DNA from: a bacterium
GTDB lineage: Bacteria; Patescibacteriota; Microgenomatia; Daviesbacterales; UBA10151
Assembly: GCA_021786105.1 (NCBI GenBank)
Contig: JAJYNW010000026.1
Coordinates: 3,481 to 67,480, forward strand
Length of the DNA stretch: 64,000 nucleotides
Reading direction: 5' to 3'
The notes beneath the pieces are model-generated. The model was not told the origin of the DNA, did not search any database, and saw only the letters and a list, made by a program, of their open reading frames with translations. The position numbers and the translations under genes are program-made. Position 1 is the stretch's first letter. Each line of letters starts with the position of its first letter. Positions 20,277 through 30,670 of the stretch are shown piece after piece.

Positions 20277-21188
20277 TTAAGGCAAATTAAAATTGATTTG
20301 CATGCTATTTAGAATTTGCGAAATTCTAGCTTGAAGTATTTCAAAAACACTGCGTCTTTTACAAACCTCCTTTAGCTCTAGCAGATCATCATTAGAAATC
20401 GCCAGCTTCTGGCTGGTTTTAGGATACATAATTGCCGCCGGGTTGCTGACATGCTTAATACCTAAGGCATGCCCCAACTCATGAGCAAGGGTGTGAACCA
20501 ACTCCGGTTTATTGTTATTAAAATAAATTTCAATTCTGTTTTCCGGGCCTTTAAAAATTCCCTCTTCCGGCCTCTGTTCCAAGGCATTATTCAAAGAATC
20601 TACCGTTTGGTTCAACTCATCGACTTGGGAATTATAATTATTGGCAGAAATATTCAAATCCCGGGCCATGGCATTGAGTTTGTCTGCCTCAACCTTTAAA
20701 TCCTGCTGCTCTTTAACTAATCTTTGGTACTCATCAGGGGGAGCTCCGCCTTTATTATTCCAATCCTCAACTTCTTTATTAAGATTATCCAGTTTTTGTT
20801 TTAATTCTGCCGAAAGCCGTTGATATTCCTCAAACTTAGGATTCAACGATTGTTTATCAATCTGGACTTTATCCTCCAGCTGATTAACCTGGTTGGTTAA
20901 AGATTGTCTTTCGTCGTATGTTAAATTAATGCTTAAATCGCCCTGCGGATCATAAACAAACAAATTTTTGCCTTCGGCCGTGTTCCAAATCCCGCTAGCC
21001 TGATCAATATCCGACAAAAAAGTTTCCCTTGATAAATCAAACTGGGGATCAACCGTATCTACCCGGTAATGTATCGGTTGATCACAATAAGAAAAAGTAA
21101 ATAGATTATCTAAAGAAGTAAGTTTCAAATCGCTTACTGCAACCAAAACCACTATCAAAAGCAGAATACCGGCAATAACTTTCTTCAT
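20277..21188 (-). CDS. Secreted matrixin-like (M10) zinc metalloprotease with coiled-coil region
   Basis: HELGHALGIKH zincin motif plus Met-turn IMYP; signal peptide. Confidence 0.7.
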   Translation of the reverse strand: MKKVIAGILLLIVVLVAVSDLKLTSLDNLFTFSYCDQPIHYRVDTVDPQFDLSRETFLSDIDQASGIWNTAEGKNLFVYDPQGDLSINLTYDERQSLTNQVNQLEDKVQIDKQSLNPKFEEYQRLSAELKQKLDNLNKEVEDWNNKGGAPPDEYQRLVKEQQDLKVEADKLNAMARDLNISANNYNSQVDELNQTVDSLNNALEQRPEEGIFKGPENRIEIYFNNNKPELVHTLAHELGHALGIKHVSNPAAIMYPKTSQKLAISNDDLLELKEVCKRRSVFEILQARISQILNSMQINFNLP

Positions 21189-21318
21189 ATACGAATCTTA
21201 AAGAAAAATTGGATCATTAGTCAAATCTTAGCTCTTTCTTACTTAGCCTTTACCGTAAATTTACTTAAATTTAGAAATTTCGCAGTAATATTGATCCAAA
21301 CTGGGAGGGGGTGAGAAA

Positions 21319-21969
21319 ATGGCAAGTGTAGTATTAGGAGTTTTTTCCAACAGAACTGATGCAGAGGATGCTATTTCTGAACTTGAGGCCGAAAGGTATA
21401 ACCCAAAAGATATTTCCATCATGATGAGAGATACTTCTGAAGCCGGCAGAGTGGCTGAGGATACGGGTGCAGGAGAAGTAATGAGCAGCACTTTAGGCGG
21501 AGCAGCAGCCGGCGCAGTAATCGGCGGCTTAGCAGGTTTAGTAGCGGCATTTGCAATTCCCGGCTTAGGCACTATCTTTATTGGCGGCCCTATTGCCACT
21601 GCTTTAGGTTTAACCGGAGCAGCAGCCACTACCGCCTCAGGCGTAGCCACCGGCATTTTAGCCGGAGGAATCATCGGAGCCTTAACTTCGGCTTTCGGTC
21701 TTTCCCGGGAAGATGCCAGGATGTATGAAGATAGAATCAAAGAAGGCGGCATCTTAATAGCTGTTCCGACCAGGGAAGGGCACGAAAAAGAAGTCAAAAA
21801 TATCATGAGTGGCTTTGATGCCGATAACATCAAAGTAATTGAATCCTATGGACAACCCGGACGAAGAGAAGAACCGGAGTATGCTCCGGCTTATGCAAGC
21901 GAAATCAGGCATCGGGGCAGAAGAGAGCGTGGCAGTTGGAGACGCCGCAGCAGAAAAGAAAGGGTTTGA
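21319..21969 (+). CDS. YflT/general-stress-protein-17M-like protein with glycine-zipper region
   Basis: N-terminal VLGVFSNRTDAEDAISEL...DISIMMRD YflT-type domain; GxxxG-rich hydrophobic middle. Confidence 0.55.
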   Translation: MASVVLGVFSNRTDAEDAISELEAERYNPKDISIMMRDTSEAGRVAEDTGAGEVMSSTLGGAAAGAVIGGLAGLVAAFAIPGLGTIFIGGPIATALGLTGAAATTASGVATGILAGGIIGALTSAFGLSREDARMYEDRIKEGGILIAVPTREGHEKEVKNIMSGFDADNIKVIESYGQPGRREEPEYAPAYASEIRHRGRRERGSWRRRSRKERV

Positions 21970-22007
21970 AATCAGGCAAATGCCTAAAGAAAGGAGGGTC
22001 AAAATAA

Positions 22008-22172
22008 ATGAAGTTTTACAATGTTAAAACCAGACAATCGGTAGACGTACCAGATGATCAAGTGACTGTTGTCACGATGAAGAACGGCAGAAAAGCAGCC
22101 CAGGCAGAAGTTGGTGGCGTTAAGATGTTTAGAATCTTGAGCAAGGAAGACGCTGACCGCCTTGCCAAGTAA
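22008..22172 (+). CDS. Small hypothetical protein (54 aa)
   Basis: ATG after AAGGAGGGT; below ORF-track cutoff. Confidence 0.35.
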   Translation: MKFYNVKTRQSVDVPDDQVTVVTMKNGRKAAQAEVGGVKMFRILSKEDADRLAK

Positions 22173-22233
22173 CATAAAGTGTTGACATTAAGTATACGGC
22201 CGTAATATTAATGTGAACAATAATAAGCAATGT

Positions 22234-23067
22234 TTAGCTTTCCGCTTGAGGAGGAAGAAAGTACAGATAATTGAGAGATCGAAACCATTCTGAGGCTTGT
22301 CTTCTGTCTCCTGGATATAATGGTGTTCCACCTGGCTCCTCACCTCTTAAACCTCTTTGCACCTCCTCTGCCACAAATGAATCTTTTTTCAGTTCATCCC
22401 CATAAAACTTGGCCCACAAGCGGGCTAGCAATTGTTCCAGTGACTTCGGAGGTTCCGTTAACGAAAGTCTTTTGCATAAAATCCCAAAAAAATCTTGTCT
22501 GCCCGCGCCTAAAATGCGTCCAAATTCTAATAAATGCCTAACTAGTCCATGCCAATAATGAGCCAAATCGCTTTTATTACCTCTTATTGGTTGTTCGTAT
22601 TTTCCATCATATACAAATTTAGGCTGCCCTTGTTCGATTATTAACTTATGATGACCAAACCAGGCGTCTGCCCGCAGTCTGTCCTGTTCAAAACTAGCTA
22701 AGTATTGTTCCGCGCTGTCTGCAAATAAATCTTTTCTTTTCTTAAGGGGCAACGCGGAGAAAAAACCATTATAAGAATTATTTATCGACATCTCCCATCT
22801 GATACTGTTAGGCGATTGTAAAATTAAATTTGCGGCATCTTTGCTGGATTCTGAACGGCTCAAGTTTAGGCCTTGCCAGACTGCTTTTATCCTTTGCTCG
22901 CTCGGGTTCAACTGACGGTCTAAAATCATCTGTTGAAAAAGTGTATAAATATTTGCATTTTCTGCAAAAGAGTCAAAATATCCTTTTACTAACCTCTCTA
23001 AAACTGTTTCTACACCTTCATAAAACATATTTCCTACCACCGTAATTGCTGGTCTGGGTGGAACCAT
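22234..23067 (-). CDS. Hypothetical protein
   Basis: Long ORF; the upstream end of ORF 22234..23235 overlaps the CAP-domain gene, so an internal Met start is assumed. Confidence 0.45.
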   Translation of the reverse strand: MVPPRPAITVVGNMFYEGVETVLERLVKGYFDSFAENANIYTLFQQMILDRQLNPSEQRIKAVWQGLNLSRSESSKDAANLILQSPNSIRWEMSINNSYNGFFSALPLKKRKDLFADSAEQYLASFEQDRLRADAWFGHHKLIIEQGQPKFVYDGKYEQPIRGNKSDLAHYWHGLVRHLLEFGRILGAGRQDFFGILCKRLSLTEPPKSLEQLLARLWAKFYGDELKKDSFVAEEVQRGLRGEEPGGTPLYPGDRRQASEWFRSLNYLYFLPPQAES

Positions 23068-23149
23068 AAAAGCTGCATGATCGCTGTTTAAAAAATTCCC
23101 TTCGAAAAAACTGATATTTTTCAACTTATAGTATAAAATAGTGGTGTGT

Positions 23150-23734
23150 CTAGGGTTTCCAGCCCTCGTAGGCGTAATAATTGCCCGAACTCTCCACACA
23201 GGCATAAGAGGTATCAGCCCGCAGATTGGCCGCATGTTCCGGTGAATTAATCCACTGGTTAACTACATCGGAAGAATTGCTATTCATTTCAATATTTTCC
23301 GTCACATAACTAAACTTTGGATAAGGCAAAGTCTTGCTGTTAATCCGGTTGGTAAAACCATCATGGCTAAAATTTCTGACAATTTCCCCGGCTCTGATTT
23401 TGGCAAAATTACAAGTATAGGGATCTGTTTTGACCGGAGATAAACCCTGAGAACGGCGGTAATTATTGATTTGGTATATATAAGAATTGCCCGTGGTATT
23501 GGAAACCGGCAGGGTAGGGGTAGGGGTCGAAGTTGCGGAAGGCTTTGGGGTTGGCGTTACACTGGGTTTAGCAGTAGGAATCGATGAAGGGGTAGGGAGC
23601 GGTTTTGAAGCTGGTCTGGTGATGAAAAAACTGATCGGATTGGACCAAATTTGAGAGTGATATGACCGGGGCGAAAAATTAAACAACAAATAAAACGGCA
23701 AAGAAAAGGCGATGGCTAGGGCAGAGAAAATCAT
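23150..23734 (-). CDS. Secreted CAP/SCP (PR-1-like) domain protein
   Basis: Signal peptide, Pro/Thr/Ser-rich linker, NFSHDGF and NQWINSPEHAANL CAP motifs. Confidence 0.75.
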   Translation of the reverse strand: MIFSALAIAFSLPFYLLFNFSPRSYHSQIWSNPISFFITRPASKPLPTPSSIPTAKPSVTPTPKPSATSTPTPTLPVSNTTGNSYIYQINNYRRSQGLSPVKTDPYTCNFAKIRAGEIVRNFSHDGFTNRINSKTLPYPKFSYVTENIEMNSNSSDVVNQWINSPEHAANLRADTSYACVESSGNYYAYEGWKP

Positions 23735-23784
23735 CGTGAGGTGTGAAATTTAAACCATCTCTTTCCATTTGTCAAATTTTTTGT

Positions 23785-24228
23785 TTAGGGAATAGTTTCT
23801 TCAGCTTTATCTTCTGCTTCTTTCGGATCAATCGGCTTTCTAAGCCGGAAATACCAAGCCGCCAGAAAAGCCACTACGGCATAAACCACCATGGCAAACA
23901 GTGTTGACCACTCCAGCGCCGCGCTACCGACCGGGCTTAATAAGGGAGAAAATAATCCGGAAAAAATAAAAACTAATGGTGTAGAAAACACATTAATTAA
24001 AACGCTGAAAAAGCTGTTAGGATTGGCGCCAAATAACCTCAGGAGAAATCTAATAGCCAAAATAGCTTCTATCACCATAAGGGCATACCAAACGATTTGC
24101 CTTTCCCTAATAATTTTTCTCTTCTTCTCGTAATCCTCTTGGGGAGGTTCTACCTTAATAACAGGTTTTTCTCCTGTTACCGGTTCAATTATAGTCGGCT
24201 CTTTCGGAACTAGTGGTTCAAAGGCCAT
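23785..24228 (-). CDS. Small membrane protein, YggT-like (tentative)
   Basis: Two or three TM segments, IEAILAIRFLLRLFG... pattern. Confidence 0.35.
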   Translation of the reverse strand: MAFEPLVPKEPTIIEPVTGEKPVIKVEPPQEDYEKKRKIIRERQIVWYALMVIEAILAIRFLLRLFGANPNSFFSVLINVFSTPLVFIFSGLFSPLLSPVGSAALEWSTLFAMVVYAVVAFLAAWYFRLRKPIDPKEAEDKAEETIP

Positions 24229-24361
24229 TTTGGATATTCTATAACCTCAAGGTTAATAGGTTTATTAAGATCCGGTAAGAATATTGCAGGAAATAAATTT
24301 CCCATTACTTTAATCTTACCTTAATCTAACAATCTTCTTACTCAAATATGATTAGATACTG

Positions 24362-25511
24362 GTGAGATTATCTAAGATGAAAAAAATCTCTGTTAGCTTA
24401 ATATTTATCTTCGTTTTATTCTTTTTGCCTTTCACCATCTGGGCCCAAGACAACAACAAAAATGTGATTCTGACAAAAAATGAGATAATTAACAAAGATT
24501 ACTTTGCCGCAGGCAATAGCGTTTCATTAGAAGGAACAGTTAACGGGGACGCATATTTGGCCGGAGGAAATATTGTCGTTGACGGTACAATTAACGGAGA
24601 TTTGATTGCGGCCGGCGGCAATATGGATATCAGGGGAACTGTGACCGGTAATATCCGGGCGGCCGGAGGAAATATTAACCTTAACGGGACGGTGGGCAGG
24701 AACGTATCGCTGGCCGGCGGCAGTCTTAGTCTTGCCTCAAATGCCAATATAACCGGTAGTTTAGCAGCGGCAGGCGGAAACCTGGCTGTTTTCAGCCCCG
24801 TAGGAAAGGAAGCTAATTTAGCCGGAGGACAAATTACCCTGGGCAGTCGGATTGGTGCCGATACCAACGCGGTAGTTGACCAGCTCAGCCTTGCCCCACA
24901 AGCCACAATTAGTGGTAATTTAACTTATTGGAGCAGAAATAAAGCCTCAATTTCCGAAAGTGCCACCGTTTCCGGTAGAATTATTCAAAATATCCCCAAA
25001 GGAGAACAGCCGCAAGAAACTGAAAAAAAAGGAGTGAGCAGTGTAATTAGCTTTTTCAGAATTGTCAATTTTATTGGGGCGGCAATTATTGGTATTCTAC
25101 TGCTAATATTTATGCCAATTTATTTCGACCGGACTACCGAGTACATTATGAAAAGACCGTGGGCTAGCTTGGGAATTGGCTTTTTAACTGCCATAGTTTT
25201 TCCTTTTGCTGCTAATTACCCTAATTGGTATCCCAATCGCCTTTGTCTTAGCCTTTACTTTGGGACTTATCTTATATCTTTCTACAATATTTGTTTCATT
25301 TGTCATCGGGCTGTTAATTTTGCAACGGTTTAATAACCAAACCGGTAAAATCTGGGTCTTTTTGCTGGGTTTAATTTTTTATTCAATACTTACACTAATC
25401 CCCATATTAGGCTGGCTGGTTTCAGCTGTGGCGGCCCTGATTGGCACAGGAGCAATTTTGATGGAGGAAAAAGATTTCTATCTGAATCTTCGCGGGAAAA
25501 AACTTATTTAA
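24362..25511 (+). CDS. Secreted bactofilin-like beta-helical repeat protein with C-terminal TM domain; apparent frameshift near 25206..25333
   Basis: Repeats GxVxGDxxxAGGNxxxxGTVxGN; ORFs 24362..25333 and 25206..25511 overlap in different frames and both encode consecutive TM helices. Confidence 0.55.
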
Positions 25512-26005
25512 CTAAAAACTACTAAAAATAAAGCTATAAAAATAGTCAGCACTTGCCAGATATCACGCAGGCCTAAAAGCAAACCCTCATCACCCTCATT
25601 ATGCCAATGCAAGCCGCCATGGAAATTCATTTCTGCTTTTAATAAACTTCTGGCTTTAATAATCCCGGCAAAAGCTAAACCATCGACTACATCAGGCAAC
25701 TGGGAACTGCCAATACCAAACATAATATAAAACAATTTCTCGCTTAAACCGGTTTTCAAATAAGTTATACCTAATATCAAAGCTATCGGCAAAGACAGAT
25801 CAAAAACAATCACCGGGATGACGTATTTCTTAAATTTATCCATCTTGAAAAAATGCCCATGAGGTACAGCATCCATCAAATAATGAAATGCCACGCCAGT
25901 AGCGCCTGTGACGATTAATCCGGTTGTTAAATCACCATGTCCCAAATAGCTATAGGCAGCACTTCCCACAATCACTCCCACTGCCGTATGTCCGAAGGCT
26001 ATCAT
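25508..26005 (-). CDS. Membrane protein, possibly membrane-bound metal-dependent hydrolase-like (DUF457/YdjM-like)
   Basis: Four TM segments, conserved His/Asp positions; weak. Confidence 0.4.
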   Translation of the reverse strand: MIAFGHTAVGVIVGSAAYSYLGHGDLTTGLIVTGATGVAFHYLMDAVPHGHFFKMDKFKKYVIPVIVFDLSLPIALILGITYLKTGLSEKLFYIMFGIGSSQLPDVVDGLAFAGIIKARSLLKAEMNFHGGLHWHNEGDEGLLLGLRDIWQVLTIFIALFLVVFS

Positions 26006-26039
26006 AAATTAATTATACCCAATAGAGCTGAAAAGCTTC

Positions 26040-26276
26040 CTACAGTTTTAGGAACTCCAGTAGTTTATATACTAAAATGGCGGGCCAGACAAGGGCTTTT
26101 AGCAAACCAAATGCCCCTTGCCAAAACGAAGTGGCATGCTGGATAAAATAAACCGCTGCACCAATAATTCCTAATCCATAGATTGCATCTGGTCCACCTC
26201 CACTAACACCTCTTTTCCAGCGGGATTTCTGCATTGATGAATTTTCGTTATCTGCCATAAATATATTAAAGCACAT
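26040..26276 (-). CDS. Small membrane protein
   Basis: Two TM helices; likely start at an internal Met (about 26234). Confidence 0.4.
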   Translation of the reverse strand: MCFNIFMADNENSSMQKSRWKRGVSGGGPDAIYGLGIIGAAVYFIQHATSFWQGAFGLLKALVWPAILVYKLLEFLKL

Positions 26277-26317
26277 TAGGATAAGTAAAAACAGTAACCT
26301 TTGTCACTTATTTCATA

Positions 26318-26346
26318 TTGACAGATGCAATAGACTTGCATATACT
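26318..26346 (+). promoter_or_regulatory. Promoter TTGACA-17-TATACT with embedded palindrome ATGCAA-N5-TTGCAT (candidate Zur/Fur operator)
   Basis: Read directly from sequence; 22 nt upstream of the fur-family gene start. Confidence 0.5.
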
Positions 26347-26367
26347 AGTCGCAACAATCTTGCATTT

Positions 26368-26805
26368 ATGCCGATACAAATTAAACAACACGATTGTAAA
26401 ACAGAACTGCGGGAAGCCGATTTAAAAGCCACTCCGGCGCGTTTGGCTGCACTAAAAGTACTGGAAGCAAGCAATAAACCGCTTGATGTAGCTACTATCA
26501 GATTAGAACTAAAAAGAAGTGGTATTAATACTGATCCAGCCACGGTTTTTCGGATGATGAATTCTTTTTCTGACAAAGGAATTGTCCGGGGAGTTAACCT
26601 GCAGGAAAGCAAATTGCGGTATGAACACGCTGCAAAGAAAGAGCATCATCACTTACTTTGCCAAAGCTGCAGCGCAATCGAAGATATTTCAGACTGCAAC
26701 ATTAACGCCCTGGAAAAAGGTATTGAAAAGAAAAAAGGCTTTCTGGTAAAAAGCCATGCTTTGGAATTTTATGGTTTATGCCAAAAATGTCAAAAAATAA
26801 ATTAA
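26368..26805 (+). CDS. Fur-family metalloregulator, likely Zur
   Basis: Fur-type HTH, HHHxxCxxC and C-terminal CxxC; immediately followed by a ZIP transporter. Confidence 0.8.
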   Translation: MPIQIKQHDCKTELREADLKATPARLAALKVLEASNKPLDVATIRLELKRSGINTDPATVFRMMNSFSDKGIVRGVNLQESKLRYEHAAKKEHHHLLCQSCSAIEDISDCNINALEKGIEKKKGFLVKSHALEFYGLCQKCQKIN

Positions 26806-26806
26806 T

Positions 26807-27532
26807 ATGGAACCAATTTTATTATCTCTTCTTACCTTTATTTCCACTATCTTAGGGGGAGTTTTTGGAATAAGAAACCGGGATAGATTGCATTATGTAA
26901 TGAGCTTTACCGCCGGCGTCCTTTTAGGAGTAAGTTTTTTTGATATTTTGCCGGAGAGCATTAGTATTATTACTGAGAATAAATTCGATGTTACTCCTTT
27001 TACAATCATGATAGTTTTGGGGTTTTTGATATTCCATGTTTTAGAAAAGTCAGTCGCTATCCACCACGCTCACGAAGAAGAATATGCTGATCATAAACAT
27101 CCAACTGTCGGATTAGTCGGGGCATCCGGTTTATCGTTTCATAGTTTCTTGGACGGAATCGGAATTGGCTTAGGGTTTCAAGTTAGCACCCATGTGGGAT
27201 TATTAATCTCGCTGGCGGTAATTGCTCATGATTTTTCTGACGGTTTAAATACGGTAACCATTATGTTAACCCACAAAAATAAGGCTAGCAAAGTTTATAA
27301 AATGCTGCTTTTGGATGCCATCACTCCCATTTTAGGAGTTTTGTCCACTTTTCTTTTTAAGATTCCTCAAAATATCCTAGTGATGTATTTGGGCTTTTTT
27401 ATCGGATTCCTGTTATATATTGGAGCCAGTGATCTACTGCCGGAAGCTCACAGTAAACACTCTTCTTGGAAGATGCTGGGACTAACTATACTGGGCGCAG
27501 CTTTTATCTTTACTGTTACCAGATTTACCTAA
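26807..27532 (+). CDS. ZIP-family metal transporter (ZupT-like)
   Basis: HHAHEEEYADHKH loop, HDFSDGLN signature, 8 TM. Confidence 0.85.
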   Translation: MEPILLSLLTFISTILGGVFGIRNRDRLHYVMSFTAGVLLGVSFFDILPESISIITENKFDVTPFTIMIVLGFLIFHVLEKSVAIHHAHEEEYADHKHPTVGLVGASGLSFHSFLDGIGIGLGFQVSTHVGLLISLAVIAHDFSDGLNTVTIMLTHKNKASKVYKMLLLDAITPILGVLSTFLFKIPQNILVMYLGFFIGFLLYIGASDLLPEAHSKHSSWKMLGLTILGAAFIFTVTRFT

Positions 27533-27796
27533 TTTGGGTAAATCCAGATTTCCAGCTATTAAAGCTTCTTTTTTGGCTTTGGTTAATTTTTTAAGCTGCC
27601 ATTCTCTTTTTAAAGCTTCAGTCCTGGAAGGGTATCTTTCTAAATAAACAAGTTCAAATGAGGAAAAACACTTCATATACTTGGCTGATCTGCTAGTTTT
27701 GCTTTGATGCTCTTTTAATCTTTTCTCTAAATTATTGGTTTGGCCAATATAAAGAGTATTAGAAGAGGTTCTTAGGATGTAAACAAAATATACCAC
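27482..27796 (-). CDS. GIY-YIG nuclease domain protein (small, stand-alone)
   Basis: VYFVYILRTSSNTLYIGQTNNLEKRLKEH GIY-YIG motif. Confidence 0.7.
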   Translation of the reverse strand: MVYFVYILRTSSNTLYIGQTNNLEKRLKEHQSKTSRSAKYMKCFSSFELVYLERYPSRTEALKREWQLKKLTKAKKEALIAGNLDLPKLGKSGNSKDKSCAQYS

Positions 27797-27807
27797 GAGA
27801 CTATGCC

Positions 27808-28665
27808 TTAAACCTTGTTATCAGGTTCTGAATGAATGGTGATATCTGCCTCAGGAATTAAAGTTTTAATTCTCTTTTCAATTTCATCAGCAATATCATG
27901 CGCTCTGCTGATAGATAATTTCTTGCTGACAGTAATTGTAATATCAATAAAAATAGTAATGCCGGCCGGCCGGACCCGAATCCGCTTAATGGAAATTACG
28001 CCTTCAACCCGGTGAATAATTCCTCTAATTTTCTCCGGCAAACCGGCCGGTACCGTATCAACTAACACATCTACTGTTCTTTTTCCTAAGGAATATCCGG
28101 CATGCAGCACAAATAGTGAAACACCCAGTGCAGCAATCGCATCAGCTTTTGCCACCCCCAACAGCACAAATACCAACCCAACTAACACAGTCAGGGAACT
28201 TAAAATATCTGAACTGAAATGAAGCGCATCTGCTTCTAAAGCCTGGCTTTTGGTGACCTTGGCCACTTTATTCAAAGCCCGGGAGCGGGAGTAATCAACT
28301 ATAATGGAAAATATAATTACGGCAAAAGCATACCAGGTTACTTCTATTTCTGCTTTACCTGCAGTTAGCCGCTTAATTGCTTCATAAATAATCCAAGCGC
28401 TGGTGAGAAAAAGCAACCCTGTTTCTACTAAAGCAGAAACGCTTTCCACCTTTTGGTGACCATAGTGATGCGTTTCATCAGCTTCTTTTTCTCCTACTCT
28501 GACGGCAAAAAAAGTCAGTATCGCTGCTCCTAAATCCAAAAAGGAGTGGGCTGCTTCGGATAAGATTCCCACGCTGCCTGTTGCCAGTCCCACAATAAGC
28601 TTGAGCACGGTAAGAGCCAGGCTGGCAAAAACAGAACTTAAAGCAACTGATTGTTTCTTATTCAT
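27808..28665 (-). CDS. Cation diffusion facilitator (CDF) transporter
   Basis: HSFLDLGA and HFSSDILSS motifs, 6 TM plus C-terminal domain. Confidence 0.85.
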   Translation of the reverse strand: MNKKQSVALSSVFASLALTVLKLIVGLATGSVGILSEAAHSFLDLGAAILTFFAVRVGEKEADETHHYGHQKVESVSALVETGLLFLTSAWIIYEAIKRLTAGKAEIEVTWYAFAVIIFSIIVDYSRSRALNKVAKVTKSQALEADALHFSSDILSSLTVLVGLVFVLLGVAKADAIAALGVSLFVLHAGYSLGKRTVDVLVDTVPAGLPEKIRGIIHRVEGVISIKRIRVRPAGITIFIDITITVSKKLSISRAHDIADEIEKRIKTLIPEADITIHSEPDNKV

Positions 28666-29056
28666 GCAAACATAATATTAGCACGATTTGAGAATAAGGA
28701 GCGGTTTTCGTTCAAAGTTGCAGGACATGGATAAAGGCATGCTTGCATAGAGTAAGCTTAGATTCTAAGTTGAGCATTACGGACTAGAACCTTTAAATCA
28801 CTATAGTTATTGTCTCACATCAAGGCTAAATGAAATAAATGATACAGTATAAAGCAAATATTTAGTCATCTATTGTATCTTTACATGGGCGTTATTGTTT
28901 GGCATGATGATTAAAGAACAGAAAAAGCATGCTACATGTTACTGCCCAAAATATCTTGTCTAAAATCCAAAAGATCTTCAAAGGTTGGTTTTCTATCATT
29001 TACAAAAAATTAACCGGATATGTGTCTATACTTAAATAGGAAGGGGGTGATAAACG

Positions 29057-29245
29057 ATGCAATATCTAGGTGTTTTAGCACTTGTTTTGTTGGTGGTAGG
29101 TGGACTTAATTGGGGTTTAGTAGGTTTACTAAACTTTAATTTAGTGACCACTTTGTTAGGCGAAGGAATGTTGGCAAACCTTGTATATATTTTGGTAGGG
29201 TTGTCAGCAGTATATGTGGCTGCAACTTCTTTAATGAAGAAGTAG
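29057..29245 (+). CDS. DUF378 small membrane protein
   Basis: GGLNWGLVGLLNFNLV motif; GGAAGGGGGTGA SD; preceded by about 390 nt of noncoding leader. Confidence 0.6.
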   Translation: MQYLGVLALVLLVVGGLNWGLVGLLNFNLVTTLLGEGMLANLVYILVGLSAVYVAATSLMKK

Positions 29246-29372
29246 GAAATTATTGTGGAGCAAGAGTTTGCTCATTTGTTCAGTGATACAAGCGTTTTAC
29301 ATGTTTGTATCTCTTTTAGAAATAATTAGGGAAAAACAGTTATTGCAAATGACACAATGCGAACTGTTCATT

Positions 29373-29873
29373 TTATCTATTTAAAATCCAGATACTGTAG
29401 TTTAAGATGGTGGCGAAGCTTACCCAGGCTAGGTATGGAATCAGCAGAATCGACGCTCTTTTATCTAAATTCCAAAACTTACCAATCAAAATCACTATAA
29501 ACACCCAAATAATCAGAATATTTATTAAAGCCAAAAAGATATTGTGTAAGCCAAAAAAAACGATTGACCAGGTGGCATTAAAAAATAGATGGATTAAAAA
29601 AATCATTAAGGACAGCTTTATAAGCTTTGCTTTTTTACTGTATTTATTATCTTTTAGCTTAATCCAAATTAAGTAAAAGGAGATGCCCATGAGGGTATAA
29701 AGCGTTGCCCAAGCAGGACCAAAAAGCCAATTAGGAGGTCTGAAGGCAGGTTGGTTTAGTAAGTTATACCAGTTTGGGATAGAAGAAAAAGTAAAAAAAG
29801 AACCTATTAATCCTGCAGACTGGCAAAGAGCAATAGAAATAACCAGTTTAAAGATACTTTTAGGCAGTTTCAT
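29373..29873 (-). CDS. TspO/MBR family (tryptophan-rich sensory protein)
   Basis: FRPPNWLFGPAWATLYTLMG motif, 5 TM. Confidence 0.8.
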   Translation of the reverse strand: MKLPKSIFKLVISIALCQSAGLIGSFFTFSSIPNWYNLLNQPAFRPPNWLFGPAWATLYTLMGISFYLIWIKLKDNKYSKKAKLIKLSLMIFLIHLFFNATWSIVFFGLHNIFLALINILIIWVFIVILIGKFWNLDKRASILLIPYLAWVSFATILNYSIWILNR

Positions 29874-29992
29874 TCTAAATACATCATGGCAGATTTAATA
29901 TTAGTTGTAAACATCAGGGAAAATCCCAACCTTTTTGTTCAGACTAGTTTTTCAAATAAGTTGATATAGTGTGATACACTCTGGAATATACT

Positions 29993-30434
29993 CTATAAAC
30001 CAAAACTTAAGGTGATACTCCCTCCAGCTTTTGCTCCTTTAAAATCTATATTGGCCATAATTCCTTCCCGCTTTAAGTCTATATATCGAAATTCAGCAAT
30101 ATTTGGCGTTGGATTAATTATTGTTTGATCCGCTAGCACCTGTGTTAAGGCAATCATAAAATCAATCCATTTGTTATCACTTTTGCAAAAACTGTTAGGC
30201 AAACCATACTTTTCTAAATGATTCCTGATAACCATTTTGCCAGGGAGAAGCTTTATCTGAGACTGATATTTTTACTCCCAAGCTTTCCAGATAATCAGTA
30301 CAGACCTTAGCCATAAATTCAGTGCCTTGATCAGAATGGAAGATTAATGGTAATTGCTTAGTGTTTAAATGGCTTCTGGATGGTTTTAAAAACCAACTGA
30401 CTATCATGTTTGATCCCCACATTGAAAGATGCAA
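29993..30434 (-). pseudogene. IS3-family transposase (rve integrase core) remnant, frameshifted/truncated
   Basis: HSDQGTEF...SPWQNGYQESF DDE-integrase motifs split over two short overlapping ORFs; abuts tRNA-Gln. Confidence 0.55.
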
Positions 30435-30460
30435 CCTGTGTCTGGTAAAAATATCCTCAA

Positions 30461-30535
30461 TGGTTGCCGGACTAGGATTCGAACCTAGAATTCACTGCTC
30501 CAAAGGCAGTTGTCCTACCGTTAGACGATCCGGCA
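30461..30535 (-). tRNA. tRNA-Gln (anticodon UUG)
   Basis: Hand-folded cloverleaf: 7-bp acceptor stem, anticodon loop CUUUGGA, GGTTCGAATCC T-arm, CCA encoded. Confidence 0.75.
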
Positions 30536-30670
30536 ATCTTGGCCTATTATACCTTAAATATCACACTACGATCCATACCTACACCAAGCGCATAGAGGTA
30601 TTGACTCTTATAAAAATTTATGCCAACAATGAATATGGATACAAAATAATTCCAAAAGGAGGTGATTAAG

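Noticed and set aside
21261-21833. 190-aa Pro/Ala-rich ORF on the minus strand
   Set aside because: Fully antisense to the YflT-like gene 21319..21969, which has a strong SD and a recognisable domain. Its low-complexity translation is typical of a shadow ORF.
24499-24906. 135-aa minus-strand ORF
   Set aside because: Antisense to the bactofilin-like repeat region. It reflects the repetitive GC-richer coding sequence and shows no RBS or motifs.
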